NCBI GenBank assembly: GCA_001805105.1
Contig: MHEE01000012.1
Coordinates: 25,590-89,589 of the forward strand
Direction: 5' to 3'
Length of the DNA stretch: 64,000 bases
From: Nitrospirae bacterium GWF2_44_13
Lineage (GTDB): Bacteria; Nitrospirota; Thermodesulfovibrionia; Thermodesulfovibrionales; UBA1546
Part shown: piece after piece, positions 34,366 to 42,876 of the stretch
How the letters are laid out: the number at the start of each line of letters is the position of its first letter
Position numbering within the stretch: the stretch's first letter is position 1
Translations under genes and position numbers: made by a program
Notes under the pieces: model-generated
The model's database searches: none
Seen by the model: only the letters and a program-made list of their open reading frames with translations
What the model was told of the DNA's origin: nothing

Positions 34366-35393
34366 TGTACTAGCTCACTAATTCGGTAACTTTCTGGAGT
34401 TTATCAAAAGGTGTTTCATAGTTCAAGCCCCCATGTTTCCTCAGATGATTATATTCAAATAAAAAGTTCCCAAGATTCATGAGCAAGTCTTTCTCGGACT
34501 CGAATGAATTGGGATAAAAAAACTCGTTCTTAATTATCTTCCAGAATGCCTCTACTTTTCCATTTGTCTGAGGCCGGTAGGGCCTAGTGCATATGTGTTT
34601 TATTCCTAATTCAGCGCACATTGTCTCAAAAGGATGCTCCCGAGCAAGTGAGCCCTTAAATTCGGGACCATTGTCAGACAATATAGCTTCAAATTCAAAA
34701 TTATATATTTGTTTAAACCATGATAATGAACGAGCCATAAAGTATGTCAGGGTTGAGGCCTTTTTGTCTTTAACTATTTCGGCATAGACAAGTCTTGTGC
34801 AATCATCGCAGCATCCAGCAACATAGAGTTCTTTGATTTTAAACGAGCATCTTATATCTTTTGGGATCTTGGTCATATCTATATGGGCAAGCTCTCCGGG
34901 CGCCTGCTTTTCATAACGCTTTATTATTTGCTTCTGTGCCTCATTCAGAGGATAACGTGCCTTTATTCTGTCCATGGTGGCAGGAGAAGGTGTTTTATCC
35001 AGATAGTAAGGTTTAAAAAGAAGAACCAGTTCGTACCTGTTTGAACCAAATCTTCTGTAAGCTTTGATTATGTTTCGCTCTACCTCTTTAGGTGTCCGTC
35101 TTGAACCGGGTTTAGCTCCTCTTTTACTCGGCAGAAGTGATTCAGCCTTCTTTCCGCCTTCTATCCATTTGACATAGTACCGCCTGAGTTCTTTTGCGCT
35201 GATATGGTGCGCTTTACAAAGGTCTTTTACAAACCTGAATGGTCGAGGTGTAATTTTGGAACGCGTCCGCTCATATTCCTTTAAAATCGGCAGCCATCTT
35301 TTAAGAATAATTTGATACTCGTAATGCATAACAGCCCTCCTTTGGTTAATTTTTACTATACCAAAAGAGTTACCTAATTACTGAGCATGAACA
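34366..35393 (-). mobile_element. IS481-family insertion sequence (1028 bp) with 26-bp imperfect terminal inverted repeats
   Basis: Left end TGTACTAGCTCACTAATTCGGTAACT (34366-34391) matches the reverse complement of the right end TGTTCATGCTCAGTAATTAGGTAACT (35368-35393), with 21 of 26 positions identical. TGT termini and a single rve transposase ORF. Confidence 0.85.
34370..35329 (-). CDS. IS481-family transposase (HTH + rve/DDE integrase core)
   Basis: HIDMTKIP (D), SDNGPEFKG (D) and RPYRPQTNGKVEAFWKIIKNEF (E) motifs. The stop codon lies inside the left IR. Confidence 0.92.
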   Translation of the reverse strand: MHYEYQIILKRWLPILKEYERTRSKITPRPFRFVKDLCKAHHISAKELRRYYVKWIEGGKKAESLLPSKRGAKPGSRRTPKEVERNIIKAYRRFGSNRYELVLLFKPYYLDKTPSPATMDRIKARYPLNEAQKQIIKRYEKQAPGELAHIDMTKIPKDIRCSFKIKELYVAGCCDDCTRLVYAEIVKDKKASTLTYFMARSLSWFKQIYNFEFEAILSDNGPEFKGSLAREHPFETMCAELGIKHICTRPYRPQTNGKVEAFWKIIKNEFFYPNSFESEKDLLMNLGNFLFEYNHLRKHGGLNYETPFDKLQKVTELVS

Positions 35394-35472
35394 ACACATC
35401 CCATATTTTTCATGCTCCTTAATTGCAACAATTCCTCTCCCAAAACCTGCCGCATTATAACATTTAAAAAAT

Positions 35473-35733
35473 CTATTTCAAAGGTTCAATCTTTCTGGGG
35501 ATTTGATAGCTGGATGCCTGCTCCCATGCTTTCATGAGTTCATTTTGATGCATGGTTGCCCATTCCGTCACAAGACCCAGTGCCCGTGGCGGCAGGCTGC
35601 CGGTTAAAACCCCAAGCGTTTTTATTTCGATTAATGCCTCGGTTTCTCCGTAAACAGCGTGGAAATGCGGCGGGTTATGTTCTCTGAAGTAGATGAAAAT
35701 GACAATTCCGAAAAACCTGCTTATCTCAGGCAT
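35473..35733 (-). CDS. DUF4160 domain protein
   Basis: MPEISRFFGIVIFIYFREHNPPHFHAVYGE is the hallmark DUF4160 N-terminus. Confidence 0.85.
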   Translation of the reverse strand: MPEISRFFGIVIFIYFREHNPPHFHAVYGETEALIEIKTLGVLTGSLPPRALGLVTEWATMHQNELMKAWEQASSYQIPRKIEPLK

Positions 35734-35992
35734 GTGTCAGTTGGGCGGTGATTTTGGTTCCTGTTAATTCGGCATAAAGAGAATCCGGGCATAAATCAAT
35801 GCCGCCCGGCCATGCCACTGTATGACTCACGGGATCAATGAATGCAGCCTCAAAAACCGCGCGGTCTTTCCAAACTGAAAAAACACCCTTATCGGCAACA
35901 TCGGACAAATCAACAACGCCTTCAACGTTATCCGAAAATTTTATCCAAATCCGGAATCCTTCAAGTGTCTTTACATCGGTTATCTTATGCAT
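35726..35992 (-). CDS. DUF2442 domain protein
   Basis: Small beta-rich protein (ITDVKTLEGFRIWIKFSDN.EGVVDLS). 8-nt overlap with the DUF4160 partner, which is the typical pairing. Confidence 0.8.
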   Translation of the reverse strand: MHKITDVKTLEGFRIWIKFSDNVEGVVDLSDVADKGVFSVWKDRAVFEAAFIDPVSHTVAWPGGIDLCPDSLYAELTGTKITAQLTHA

Positions 35993-36090
35993 AAAATACC
36001 TCCAACATAGCTACATTTTACCATATCCTGTTTTATAATTTTTAACAAACTTTCATATTTTCCAAAAAACACCGTCACCCTTTTCAATTT

Positions 36091-36903
36091 CTATATCAAC
36101 CCCAACTCTTCCGAAAACTTCCTGAAAAGCTCAAGACCCTTTCTGTGTTCGTCTCCGAAGTCATAGGAAATCTGCTTCCAGTAGGATATAAGCTCATTCT
36201 CTGTCAAAATACCTTTTAGCGGTGATTCCGGGGCAATTATTTTGAAGTTTTCCAATGCGAGCTTTTTTGCTTTGTTCAAATCGCTTTTAAATCTCTTCAG
36301 AAGTTCAGCCTTTTCTTTGCAGCAGTCTTTTTTGTAAATCCACAATGCAAATGTGAACGGCAGCCCTGTGTTTTTATTCCATAACTCCCCGAGGTCATAA
36401 ATGTAAAAAAGTCGGGAGCTGAAACCTTTAACTGCTTTTAATGCATCATCGCCAATCAGAAGATACGCCTCTGCTGAAGAGGGCAATGAATCCAGACGAA
36501 TATCCGCAGTCTTTAAATTGCATTTCACATTATAAAATCTTTCAAAAATAATTCTCAGCAAGCCAACAGACGTCTCAGACTGGGATGATGTAAGAACCGG
36601 CAGTCCGTTTAATTCCTCTATTGGTTTTCTGCTGAGAAGAATGATACTGCCGACAGGCCCGATTGAGCTTATTGAATGGTTATCTATAATCTCATATTGA
36701 TTGCTGTATCTCAGATATTCTATGGATGACGAAGGGCTGACATCAACCTCTCCTGTCCTGAGCATCTTGTTGAGCGCGGAAGGCACGCCCGCTATAAATT
36801 CGTATCCGGAACAATCGCATTCCCTCTCAAGTATATAAAATATCGGGAACAGGTTTGCATAAGGAATTTTGCCTATTCTGAGTTTCTGTTCGGGTGTTTG
36901 CAC
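36091..36903 (-). CDS. MqnA/MqnD-family (PF02621-like, periplasmic-binding-protein fold) protein, chorismate dehydratase-like
   Basis: N-terminal LRIGKIPYANLFPIFY, and a size and layout like futalosine-pathway MqnA. Its position next to bioD is atypical. Confidence 0.6.
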   Translation of the reverse strand: MQTPEQKLRIGKIPYANLFPIFYILERECDCSGYEFIAGVPSALNKMLRTGEVDVSPSSSIEYLRYSNQYEIIDNHSISSIGPVGSIILLSRKPIEELNGLPVLTSSQSETSVGLLRIIFERFYNVKCNLKTADIRLDSLPSSAEAYLLIGDDALKAVKGFSSRLFYIYDLGELWNKNTGLPFTFALWIYKKDCCKEKAELLKRFKSDLNKAKKLALENFKIIAPESPLKGILTENELISYWKQISYDFGDEHRKGLELFRKFSEELGLI

Positions 36904-36910
36904 TTTAAGC

Positions 36911-37612
36911 CTAAAGATACTTTCTGATAATTTCCATGTTCAGATTTTTTAAGACTGTTTTCTCAAATGCCTCATCCGACATGTCATCAAGAAAAGGGAA
37001 AATACCGATAAGAGGCACAGGGCTTAGCTGCTCTATAGCCTTAGGGTTCGTTTCCTCTGCCATGCCGTCCTCGGACTGGTATGTATGGTTTATAATTATA
37101 CCAGCGACCTCAAGCCCTTGTTTCAGGGCATAATTTACGGTGAGCAATGTGTGGTTTATCGTTCCGAGCCCCGGCCTTGCCACAACAACCAGCGGAAGCC
37201 CCATTTCTCTGGCAAGGTCCAGAACAAAGTAATCTTTGTTTATGGGGACTAATAATCCTCCGACTCCTTCTACTATAATTGCCTGATAGGCCCTTCCGAG
37301 CTTATCAAATGCTCCTCGTATCTTGTTAATATCAACGCTTGTGCCTTCCATTTCAGCAGAGACCATCGGCGCAAGCTCATGTTCAAAACAGCAGGGGGTT
37401 ATATGGCTTACTGTCTCGTCCATGTGCGCAATTTTTTTAAGGAACATGCCGTCAGAAGGCGCCATTACGTTTCCTTCTCTGATACAGCCTGTTTCAACGG
37501 GCTTCATACCGCACGCCTTCACCCCAAGAAGGCCCGCAGCTTTTATTAAGGCAGCGGCAACTACGGTTTTTCCAACGCCTGTGTCAGTCCCCGTTACAAA
37601 AAAACCTTTCAT
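36911..37612 (-). CDS. bioD: dethiobiotin synthase
   Basis: GTDTGVGKT P-loop and a length typical of BioD. Confidence 0.9.
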   Translation of the reverse strand: MKGFFVTGTDTGVGKTVVAAALIKAAGLLGVKACGMKPVETGCIREGNVMAPSDGMFLKKIAHMDETVSHITPCCFEHELAPMVSAEMEGTSVDINKIRGAFDKLGRAYQAIIVEGVGGLLVPINKDYFVLDLAREMGLPLVVVARPGLGTINHTLLTVNYALKQGLEVAGIIINHTYQSEDGMAEETNPKAIEQLSPVPLIGIFPFLDDMSDEAFEKTVLKNLNMEIIRKYL

Positions 37613-38319
37613 ACAATCCTGCTGTCAAGACAAAAAACCTGTCCTGTTATATTATCCGTCGTCAAGAGATAAACAATAAACCCTGCCGCATCCTTTGGAC
37701 CGGATAATTTTCCTGTAATACTCTCCATCTTTGCCGTCGTCATTGCCTTCTCAGACGCCTTTCCCATTTCAGTCTGCATATATCCCGGAAGCAGCGCATT
37801 AACTCTGATATTGTATCCGGCAAGCTCTTTCGCCGCAGTATAAGTCAGGCCGAGAACCGCAGCCTTTGAGGCGCTGTATGCCGCCTGCCCCTCTCTTCCT
37901 TTAAGCCCTGAATACGAGGAGATATTTATAATATGCCCTCCTCCTGATTTTATCATAAAATGAGAGAAGGCCCTGATAGTATTGCAGCATCCTTTAAGAT
38001 TTACCCTCAGAACCTCGTCCCAATCTTCCTCTTTCAGTTTAATCATCAAACCGTCTTTTATTATCCCTGCGTTATTTACAAGGACATCCACCCTTCCCCA
38101 CTTCTCATAAACCGCCTCTGCCATTTTCTCAACATGCTTTATGTCACCGACATCAGCCTTTATTAATAGCGTATCTGAGGCAATCTCATCAGCCACTTTC
38201 GCCGCCTCTTTCTCTGATGCAAGGTAATTCACGGCAACATTATAACCGCTTTCCCCGAGCGTTAAGGCAATCTCCTTTCCGAGCCCTCTTGATGAGCCTG
38301 TGACTACTGCAACACGCAA
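37609..38319 (-). CDS. short-chain dehydrogenase/reductase, FabG-like 3-oxoacyl-ACP reductase
   Basis: TGSSRGLG cofactor motif, NNAG, and catalytic YSASK. 4-nt overlap with bioD. Confidence 0.85.
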   Translation of the reverse strand: MRVAVVTGSSRGLGKEIALTLGESGYNVAVNYLASEKEAAKVADEIASDTLLIKADVGDIKHVEKMAEAVYEKWGRVDVLVNNAGIIKDGLMIKLKEEDWDEVLRVNLKGCCNTIRAFSHFMIKSGGGHIINISSYSGLKGREGQAAYSASKAAVLGLTYTAAKELAGYNIRVNALLPGYMQTEMGKASEKAMTTAKMESITGKLSGPKDAAGFIVYLLTTDNITGQVFCLDSRIV

Positions 38320-38421
38320 TATTATTCCTCCAATCTCAGGATTTTAGCATATCACAAAAACTTGCAGATTATAGGGAAATAATGTAACTTTAATCAGTAA
38401 TATTCCAAAGGAGAAATTATT

Positions 38422-38904
38422 ATGAAAACCCTATGGGCGCCGTGGAGAATGGAGTACATACTTGGCAAGAAAGAGCCTGAGTGCATATTCTGTTCTTATC
38501 CAAAGAAAACCAATGACAGGGACAATCTGATACTCTACAGAAGCGCTCACAACTTTGTGATGATGAACAAATACCCTTACAACAACGGGCATATCATGGT
38601 CGTGCCTTACATCCACACATCAACAATAGACAATCTGACCGATGAAGTCCTGTTGGATTTTATGAAGGTCACACAATATTCCCTTAAATGTCTCAAGGAA
38701 GCATTCAGGCCTGAAGGGTTTAATATAGGGATTAACATCGGCGCTGTTGCAGGTGCAGGAATGGAAGAGCATGTCCATCTTCACATGGTGCCGCGATGGG
38801 CGGGAGATACGAGCTTCATGTCAGTTCTCGGTGAGATAAAAGTAATACCCGAGTATATAATGGAGACATACGACAAACTATTTCCGGTATTTAACAAGAG
38901 ATAA
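38422..38904 (+). CDS. HIT-family nucleotide hydrolase/transferase
   Basis: Histidine triad HVHLHMVPR. The N-terminal CIFC motif resembles AP4A-phosphorylase/GalT-branch HIT proteins. Confidence 0.85.
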   Translation: MKTLWAPWRMEYILGKKEPECIFCSYPKKTNDRDNLILYRSAHNFVMMNKYPYNNGHIMVVPYIHTSTIDNLTDEVLLDFMKVTQYSLKCLKEAFRPEGFNIGINIGAVAGAGMEEHVHLHMVPRWAGDTSFMSVLGEIKVIPEYIMETYDKLFPVFNKR

Positions 38905-38911
38905 CAGGAGG

Positions 38912-39709
38912 CTATCGTGTTTTAGCGTATTTTTTGCGGCGGTATTCTTTCTTCTTTGCCTCATCCCAGAGTTTATCCATCTCTTTAAGCGTCATATCGG
39001 AGAGGTTTCTCTTGTTATCCGCTGCCTTCATCTCAATATAGCGGAATCTTGAGATGAACTTGCTTATGGTCTTCCTCAGCGCGTCCTCGGGGTTGACGCC
39101 CACAAACCTTGAAATATTCACAAGCATAAAGAATATGTCTCCAAGCTCATCTTCTATCTCCGGTTGTTTTTTATTCTTAAGCGCTTTTCTAAATTCTTTT
39201 AATTCTTCATTCATCTTTTCAAAGACATCCCCTGTCTTCTTCCAGTCAAACCCTACCCTCGCAGCTTTTTTCTGAAGCTTATGCGCCCTCAGAAGTGACG
39301 GCAGCGCCTTCGGCACTCCTTCAAGAATTGATTCCTTATGTTTTCCCTCTCTCTTCTTTTCTTCATCCCAATATTTACGGAAATGTTCTTTGCTCTTGAA
39401 TTTTCTTTTTCCGAAAACATGAGGATGACGGTTCAGCATCTTCCGGCTTATCTCATCTATAACATCATCAATATCAAATTCATTCTTTTCCTTTGCAAGC
39501 TGGCAGTGAAATACTATCTGAAATAGGAGGTCTCCAAGTTCTTCCTTTATCTTCTCACTGTCTCCTTCATCCAGAGCCTCAAGGACTTCATATGTCTCCT
39601 CAAGAAGAAAGGGCTTAAGGGAATCCCTTGTCTGCTCCTTATCCCACGGACAGCCTTTATCCCCCCTGAGAGCGGACATTATGTCAATGAGTTTTTTAAG
39701 ATTCGTCAT
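38912..39709 (-). CDS. mazG: nucleoside triphosphate pyrophosphohydrolase MazG
   Basis: Two tandem MazG EExxE/ELGD motifs (ETYEVLEA...ELGDLLFQ and ELKEF...ELGDIFF). Confidence 0.9.
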   Translation of the reverse strand: MTNLKKLIDIMSALRGDKGCPWDKEQTRDSLKPFLLEETYEVLEALDEGDSEKIKEELGDLLFQIVFHCQLAKEKNEFDIDDVIDEISRKMLNRHPHVFGKRKFKSKEHFRKYWDEEKKREGKHKESILEGVPKALPSLLRAHKLQKKAARVGFDWKKTGDVFEKMNEELKEFRKALKNKKQPEIEDELGDIFFMLVNISRFVGVNPEDALRKTISKFISRFRYIEMKAADNKRNLSDMTLKEMDKLWDEAKKKEYRRKKYAKTR

Positions 39710-39842
39710 CTAACTATGATAGCAGATGAGAGACCCGTTCCGCCTCAGGCGGATTGCCTTAATCCAAACACAGCCTGCTGAATGAAACTCATTGACATTA
39801 AGACGCTGTGGATTTATTCTTAATAAAGAGGAGGGCAGAGAA

Positions 39843-40043
39843 ATGAAACACATACATAAATACACATCAGTTTCCCATCCCGGCCTTACATCCGAAGCAA
39901 CGTCTCTCGGTATCAAAGCAGCAGAAATCAGAAAATGCGAATCCTGTCAGAAAGAAATGACGTTTATCCAGACAAAAAAAGATAAATGGATTCCGCTGTT
40001 TAAAGATGACGCTGCCGACGAACAGAATATACTCTTAGCGTAG
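39843..40043 (+). CDS. hypothetical small protein
   Basis: 66-aa ORF whose ATG is preceded by AAAGAGGAGGG. No recognised domain. Confidence 0.3.
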   Translation: MKHIHKYTSVSHPGLTSEATSLGIKAAEIRKCESCQKEMTFIQTKKDKWIPLFKDDAADEQNILLA

Positions 40044-40052
40044 GACACGCTT

Positions 40053-41300
40053 TTAGTGCACCGAACACGAAAAACACGGGTCATACGCCCGCACGAGCAT
40101 CTCACACATGAGAATCAGTTCATCTTCCGGCTTATCTATATTTTCAGTCACAAGCTTTTTGAGAGACTCTTCAAGATTTAGAAAGTTGTGCGCTGTCGGC
40201 GTCACGATATTTGCCTTTGTTATTATTCCGCTCCTATCTATCTCATAATAGTGATAAAGCATCCCGCGCGGCGCCTCTGTCAAAGCAGAGCCGACGCCTT
40301 CCCTCACCTTAAAATCAGCAAAGTACTCTTTTAACGTAAGCCCTCTGAGAAGTATGGCGCACTCCTGAAAAGCATGGACTATCTCAACAGCCTGTGCAAG
40401 ATTATTAAGGAAAGGGTTGCCGCCGCCTTTAAAACCAATGTCCTCCGAAGCCTTTTTTGCATCAGGCAAGAGATTATCAAAGCCAAGATTGATTCTTGCA
40501 AGCGCTCCAGCCATGAGAGAGCCTCTATCTTTTATAACTGTCCTCTTTGCATTTGAGTAAGGGACTTCGTCCTCAATAAAATAAGATGGGTATTCGTGCT
40601 CTTTGATATTCAGCCCCTTTGTTGATGAAATTATGCCTCCGTTTATCGCATATTCACCTTTGCCTGTCAGCGCCACGAACTCCGCATCATTTTCCAGAGC
40701 AGGGCATTTAAGTTCCGACGCCATCTTTAATGTTTCGAGGGCATCCTCATGCAGAGATTCAAGCTCTTTTGCAGCTTTCTCTGTGTCGGCTTTTGACGGA
40801 AGCTTTGTAAAACCGCCGACAACCATTGAAACAGGATGCAATGCCCTGCCTCCGAAAAGGGAGGTAATGCTGTTAGCCGCATCCTTTAATCTCAGAAATC
40901 TTTTAATCTCCTTTTCATAACGTGGAAGCATCTCCACTACGGAATTAAGCTTGAAAAAATCCGGAAGCGCAAAGATATAAAGATGTGCGAGATGGCTTGA
41001 GAGAATCTGGCTTAAGGCAAGTATCTTCCGTATTTTCTTAACTTCAGTAGAAGGCTTAAAGCCGAATGCATTTTCCATGGCCCTTATCGCCGTTGTCATA
41101 TGAGACACAGGACATATGCCGCATATCCTTGCAACTATGTCCGGAACCTCGTCAAATTTCCTTCCCACAAGAAAACCTTCGAAGAAACGCGGAGGCTCCC
41201 AGATATTAAGCCTGAGTTCTTTGAGTTTTCCTCCTTCTATCTCAAGCTTTACAGAACTCTCACCCTCAACGCGGGCTATGTAATTTATATCAATCTTCAT
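40053..41300 (-). CDS. [NiFe] hydrogenase large (alpha) subunit, group 3b/sulfhydrogenase-like
   Basis: N-terminal RICGICPVSH and C-terminal DPCFSCSVH Ni-binding motifs. I chose the start MKIDINYIARVEGE (ATG at 41300). The track start at 41330 is a TTG. Confidence 0.9.
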   Translation of the reverse strand: MKIDINYIARVEGESSVKLEIEGGKLKELRLNIWEPPRFFEGFLVGRKFDEVPDIVARICGICPVSHMTTAIRAMENAFGFKPSTEVKKIRKILALSQILSSHLAHLYIFALPDFFKLNSVVEMLPRYEKEIKRFLRLKDAANSITSLFGGRALHPVSMVVGGFTKLPSKADTEKAAKELESLHEDALETLKMASELKCPALENDAEFVALTGKGEYAINGGIISSTKGLNIKEHEYPSYFIEDEVPYSNAKRTVIKDRGSLMAGALARINLGFDNLLPDAKKASEDIGFKGGGNPFLNNLAQAVEIVHAFQECAILLRGLTLKEYFADFKVREGVGSALTEAPRGMLYHYYEIDRSGIITKANIVTPTAHNFLNLEESLKKLVTENIDKPEDELILMCEMLVRAYDPCFSCSVH

Positions 41301-42063
41301 ATACCATCTCCACTGCTTTTCTGAATTCAATTGTATCAGCTCCGAACTCTGTAAACTTCCTTATGATGTCATCCCGCGATATTCCCATTGCCTTGAATTT
41401 TTTCGCAAGCGCAGGCCCATTTGCCTGCTTCATAGGACCGAAGCATGAATAACACGCCCTGTTCATAGAAGGACAGAGCGCTCCGCAGCCTGCATTTGTC
41501 ACAGGCCCCATACACGGCATATTATCTGCAATCAGAACACACAGATTTCCTTTCAGCTTGCACTCAATGCAAACGCTGTGCTGAGGAAAATCAGGCTTCC
41601 TTCCTGTCAGGACAGACGTCAGCGCTTCATACAAGTCCCTCTCAGCAGGGGGGCATCCCCTTATATAACCGTCCACTTTCACATACGCATCCACTGCATG
41701 GGGTTTAATTGAATGTATTGAAGAGAGATTTTTATAAACTCTTTTCTCAACCTCCAGTTCCGGCGCTGTCGCCTTTATTGCCGGAATGCCGCCGATTACC
41801 GCGCATGAGCCTATTGCAAAAAGCTTTTTGCTCTGTCCTCTTATAATCTTCAGCTCATCAGCCTGCCATGCCTCTGTTATTGTGCCTTCGACAAGAGCTA
41901 TATCAAACGGCCCGTCAGGAATGCCTTTACGTGAAAGCATCTTTATAAATACAAAATCGAAACTTGCAAGAACTTCAGGGACATGTTTATGAACATACGC
42001 AAAAAAATAAGAACAGCCCATGCAGCATGAATACTTAAAGAATCCAAGCCTGAGTTTATTCAT
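41290..42063 (-). CDS. [NiFe] hydrogenase small (delta) subunit
   Basis: NuoB/20-kDa-like Cys pattern (CCMGC...GSCA...GCPP) plus distal cluster cysteines. Confidence 0.88.
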   Translation of the reverse strand: MNKLRLGFFKYSCCMGCSYFFAYVHKHVPEVLASFDFVFIKMLSRKGIPDGPFDIALVEGTITEAWQADELKIIRGQSKKLFAIGSCAVIGGIPAIKATAPELEVEKRVYKNLSSIHSIKPHAVDAYVKVDGYIRGCPPAERDLYEALTSVLTGRKPDFPQHSVCIECKLKGNLCVLIADNMPCMGPVTNAGCGALCPSMNRACYSCFGPMKQANGPALAKKFKAMGISRDDIIRKFTEFGADTIEFRKAVEMVYED

Positions 42064-42066
42064 AAG

Positions 42067-42876
42067 TTACAGCACCCCGTCCGGCAGCCCGCGCACTTCT
42101 TTATATGAAAATACAGGGCCGTCCTTGCACACAAATAAACCTGAATGCTGGCAGTGCCCGCACTGGGCAATACCGCACTTCATCCTTCTTTCAAGCGATA
42201 CATAAAGCGATGACTGTGACATGCCATGCATGATAAGCCCCCTGCATATAAAACGCATCATTATCTCAGGCCCGCAGACAAAAGCAATGGCCCTTTCAGG
42301 TTTTATCTTCACCCTGTCAATTAAATCAGTAACAAGTCCTACATAATATTTCCATCTGTCCGGCTGCACGGCTTCGTCAACTGTCAGATAAACCGCAATC
42401 TTTTCCGCCCATCCGTCAAACTCATCCATAAAGAGCACATTCTTTTCGTTTCTTGCGCCGCAGATGAGGCTTACATCACCGAATGATCCTCTGCTGTTTA
42501 AGATTAAATGAATAACAGGCCTGAGCGGTGCAAGCCCCACGCCTCCTGCAATGATGAGAACATCTTTCTTCTCTGCCTTCTTAACAGGCCAGCCCCTGCC
42601 ATAGGGCCCCCTGAAGAAAAGCTCATCGCCTTTTTTAAAATCTTTCAAAAAATCCGTCACTCTTCCTACGGACTTTATCGTGTGTTTAAAAGAGCCGTCC
42701 CGCATAATTGCGCTCAGGGATATGGGCGCCTCGCCAACACCCGGGTAACCTACCATATTAAACTGTCCCGGTTCTGCAACAAATGGAAACTCTGTTGAGA
42801 GAGTGTATGTCTTAACTCCCTCTGCCTCAGTTTTCACATCCTCTACCTTTGCCCTTAACGGCTTAAGCGGGTTCAT
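42067..42876 (-). CDS. hydrogenase gamma subunit (FAD/NAD(P)-binding, 2Fe-2S)
   Basis: Ferredoxin-reductase-like fold (GGVGLAPL) with a C-terminal CGIAQCGHCQ cluster. Confidence 0.85.
   Translation of the reverse strand: MNPLKPLRAKVEDVKTEAEGVKTYTLSTEFPFVAEPGQFNMVGYPGVGEAPISLSAIMRDGSFKHTIKSVGRVTDFLKDFKKGDELFFRGPYGRGWPVKKAEKKDVLIIAGGVGLAPLRPVIHLILNSRGSFGDVSLICGARNEKNVLFMDEFDGWAEKIAVYLTVDEAVQPDRWKYYVGLVTDLIDRVKIKPERAIAFVCGPEIMMRFICRGLIMHGMSQSSLYVSLERRMKCGIAQCGHCQHSGLFVCKDGPVFSYKEVRGLPDGVL

Noticed and set aside
34360-35400. Target-site duplication flanking the IS481 element
   Set aside because: The flanks (…GGGAACA | …| ACACATC…) share at most ACA, which could equally belong to the inverted repeats. 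This is not convincing enough to report.
39710-39916. 68-aa minus-strand ORF between mazG and the small plus-strand ORF
   Set aside because: No RBS and no domain. It overlaps the better-supported, RBS-preceded plus-strand small ORF.
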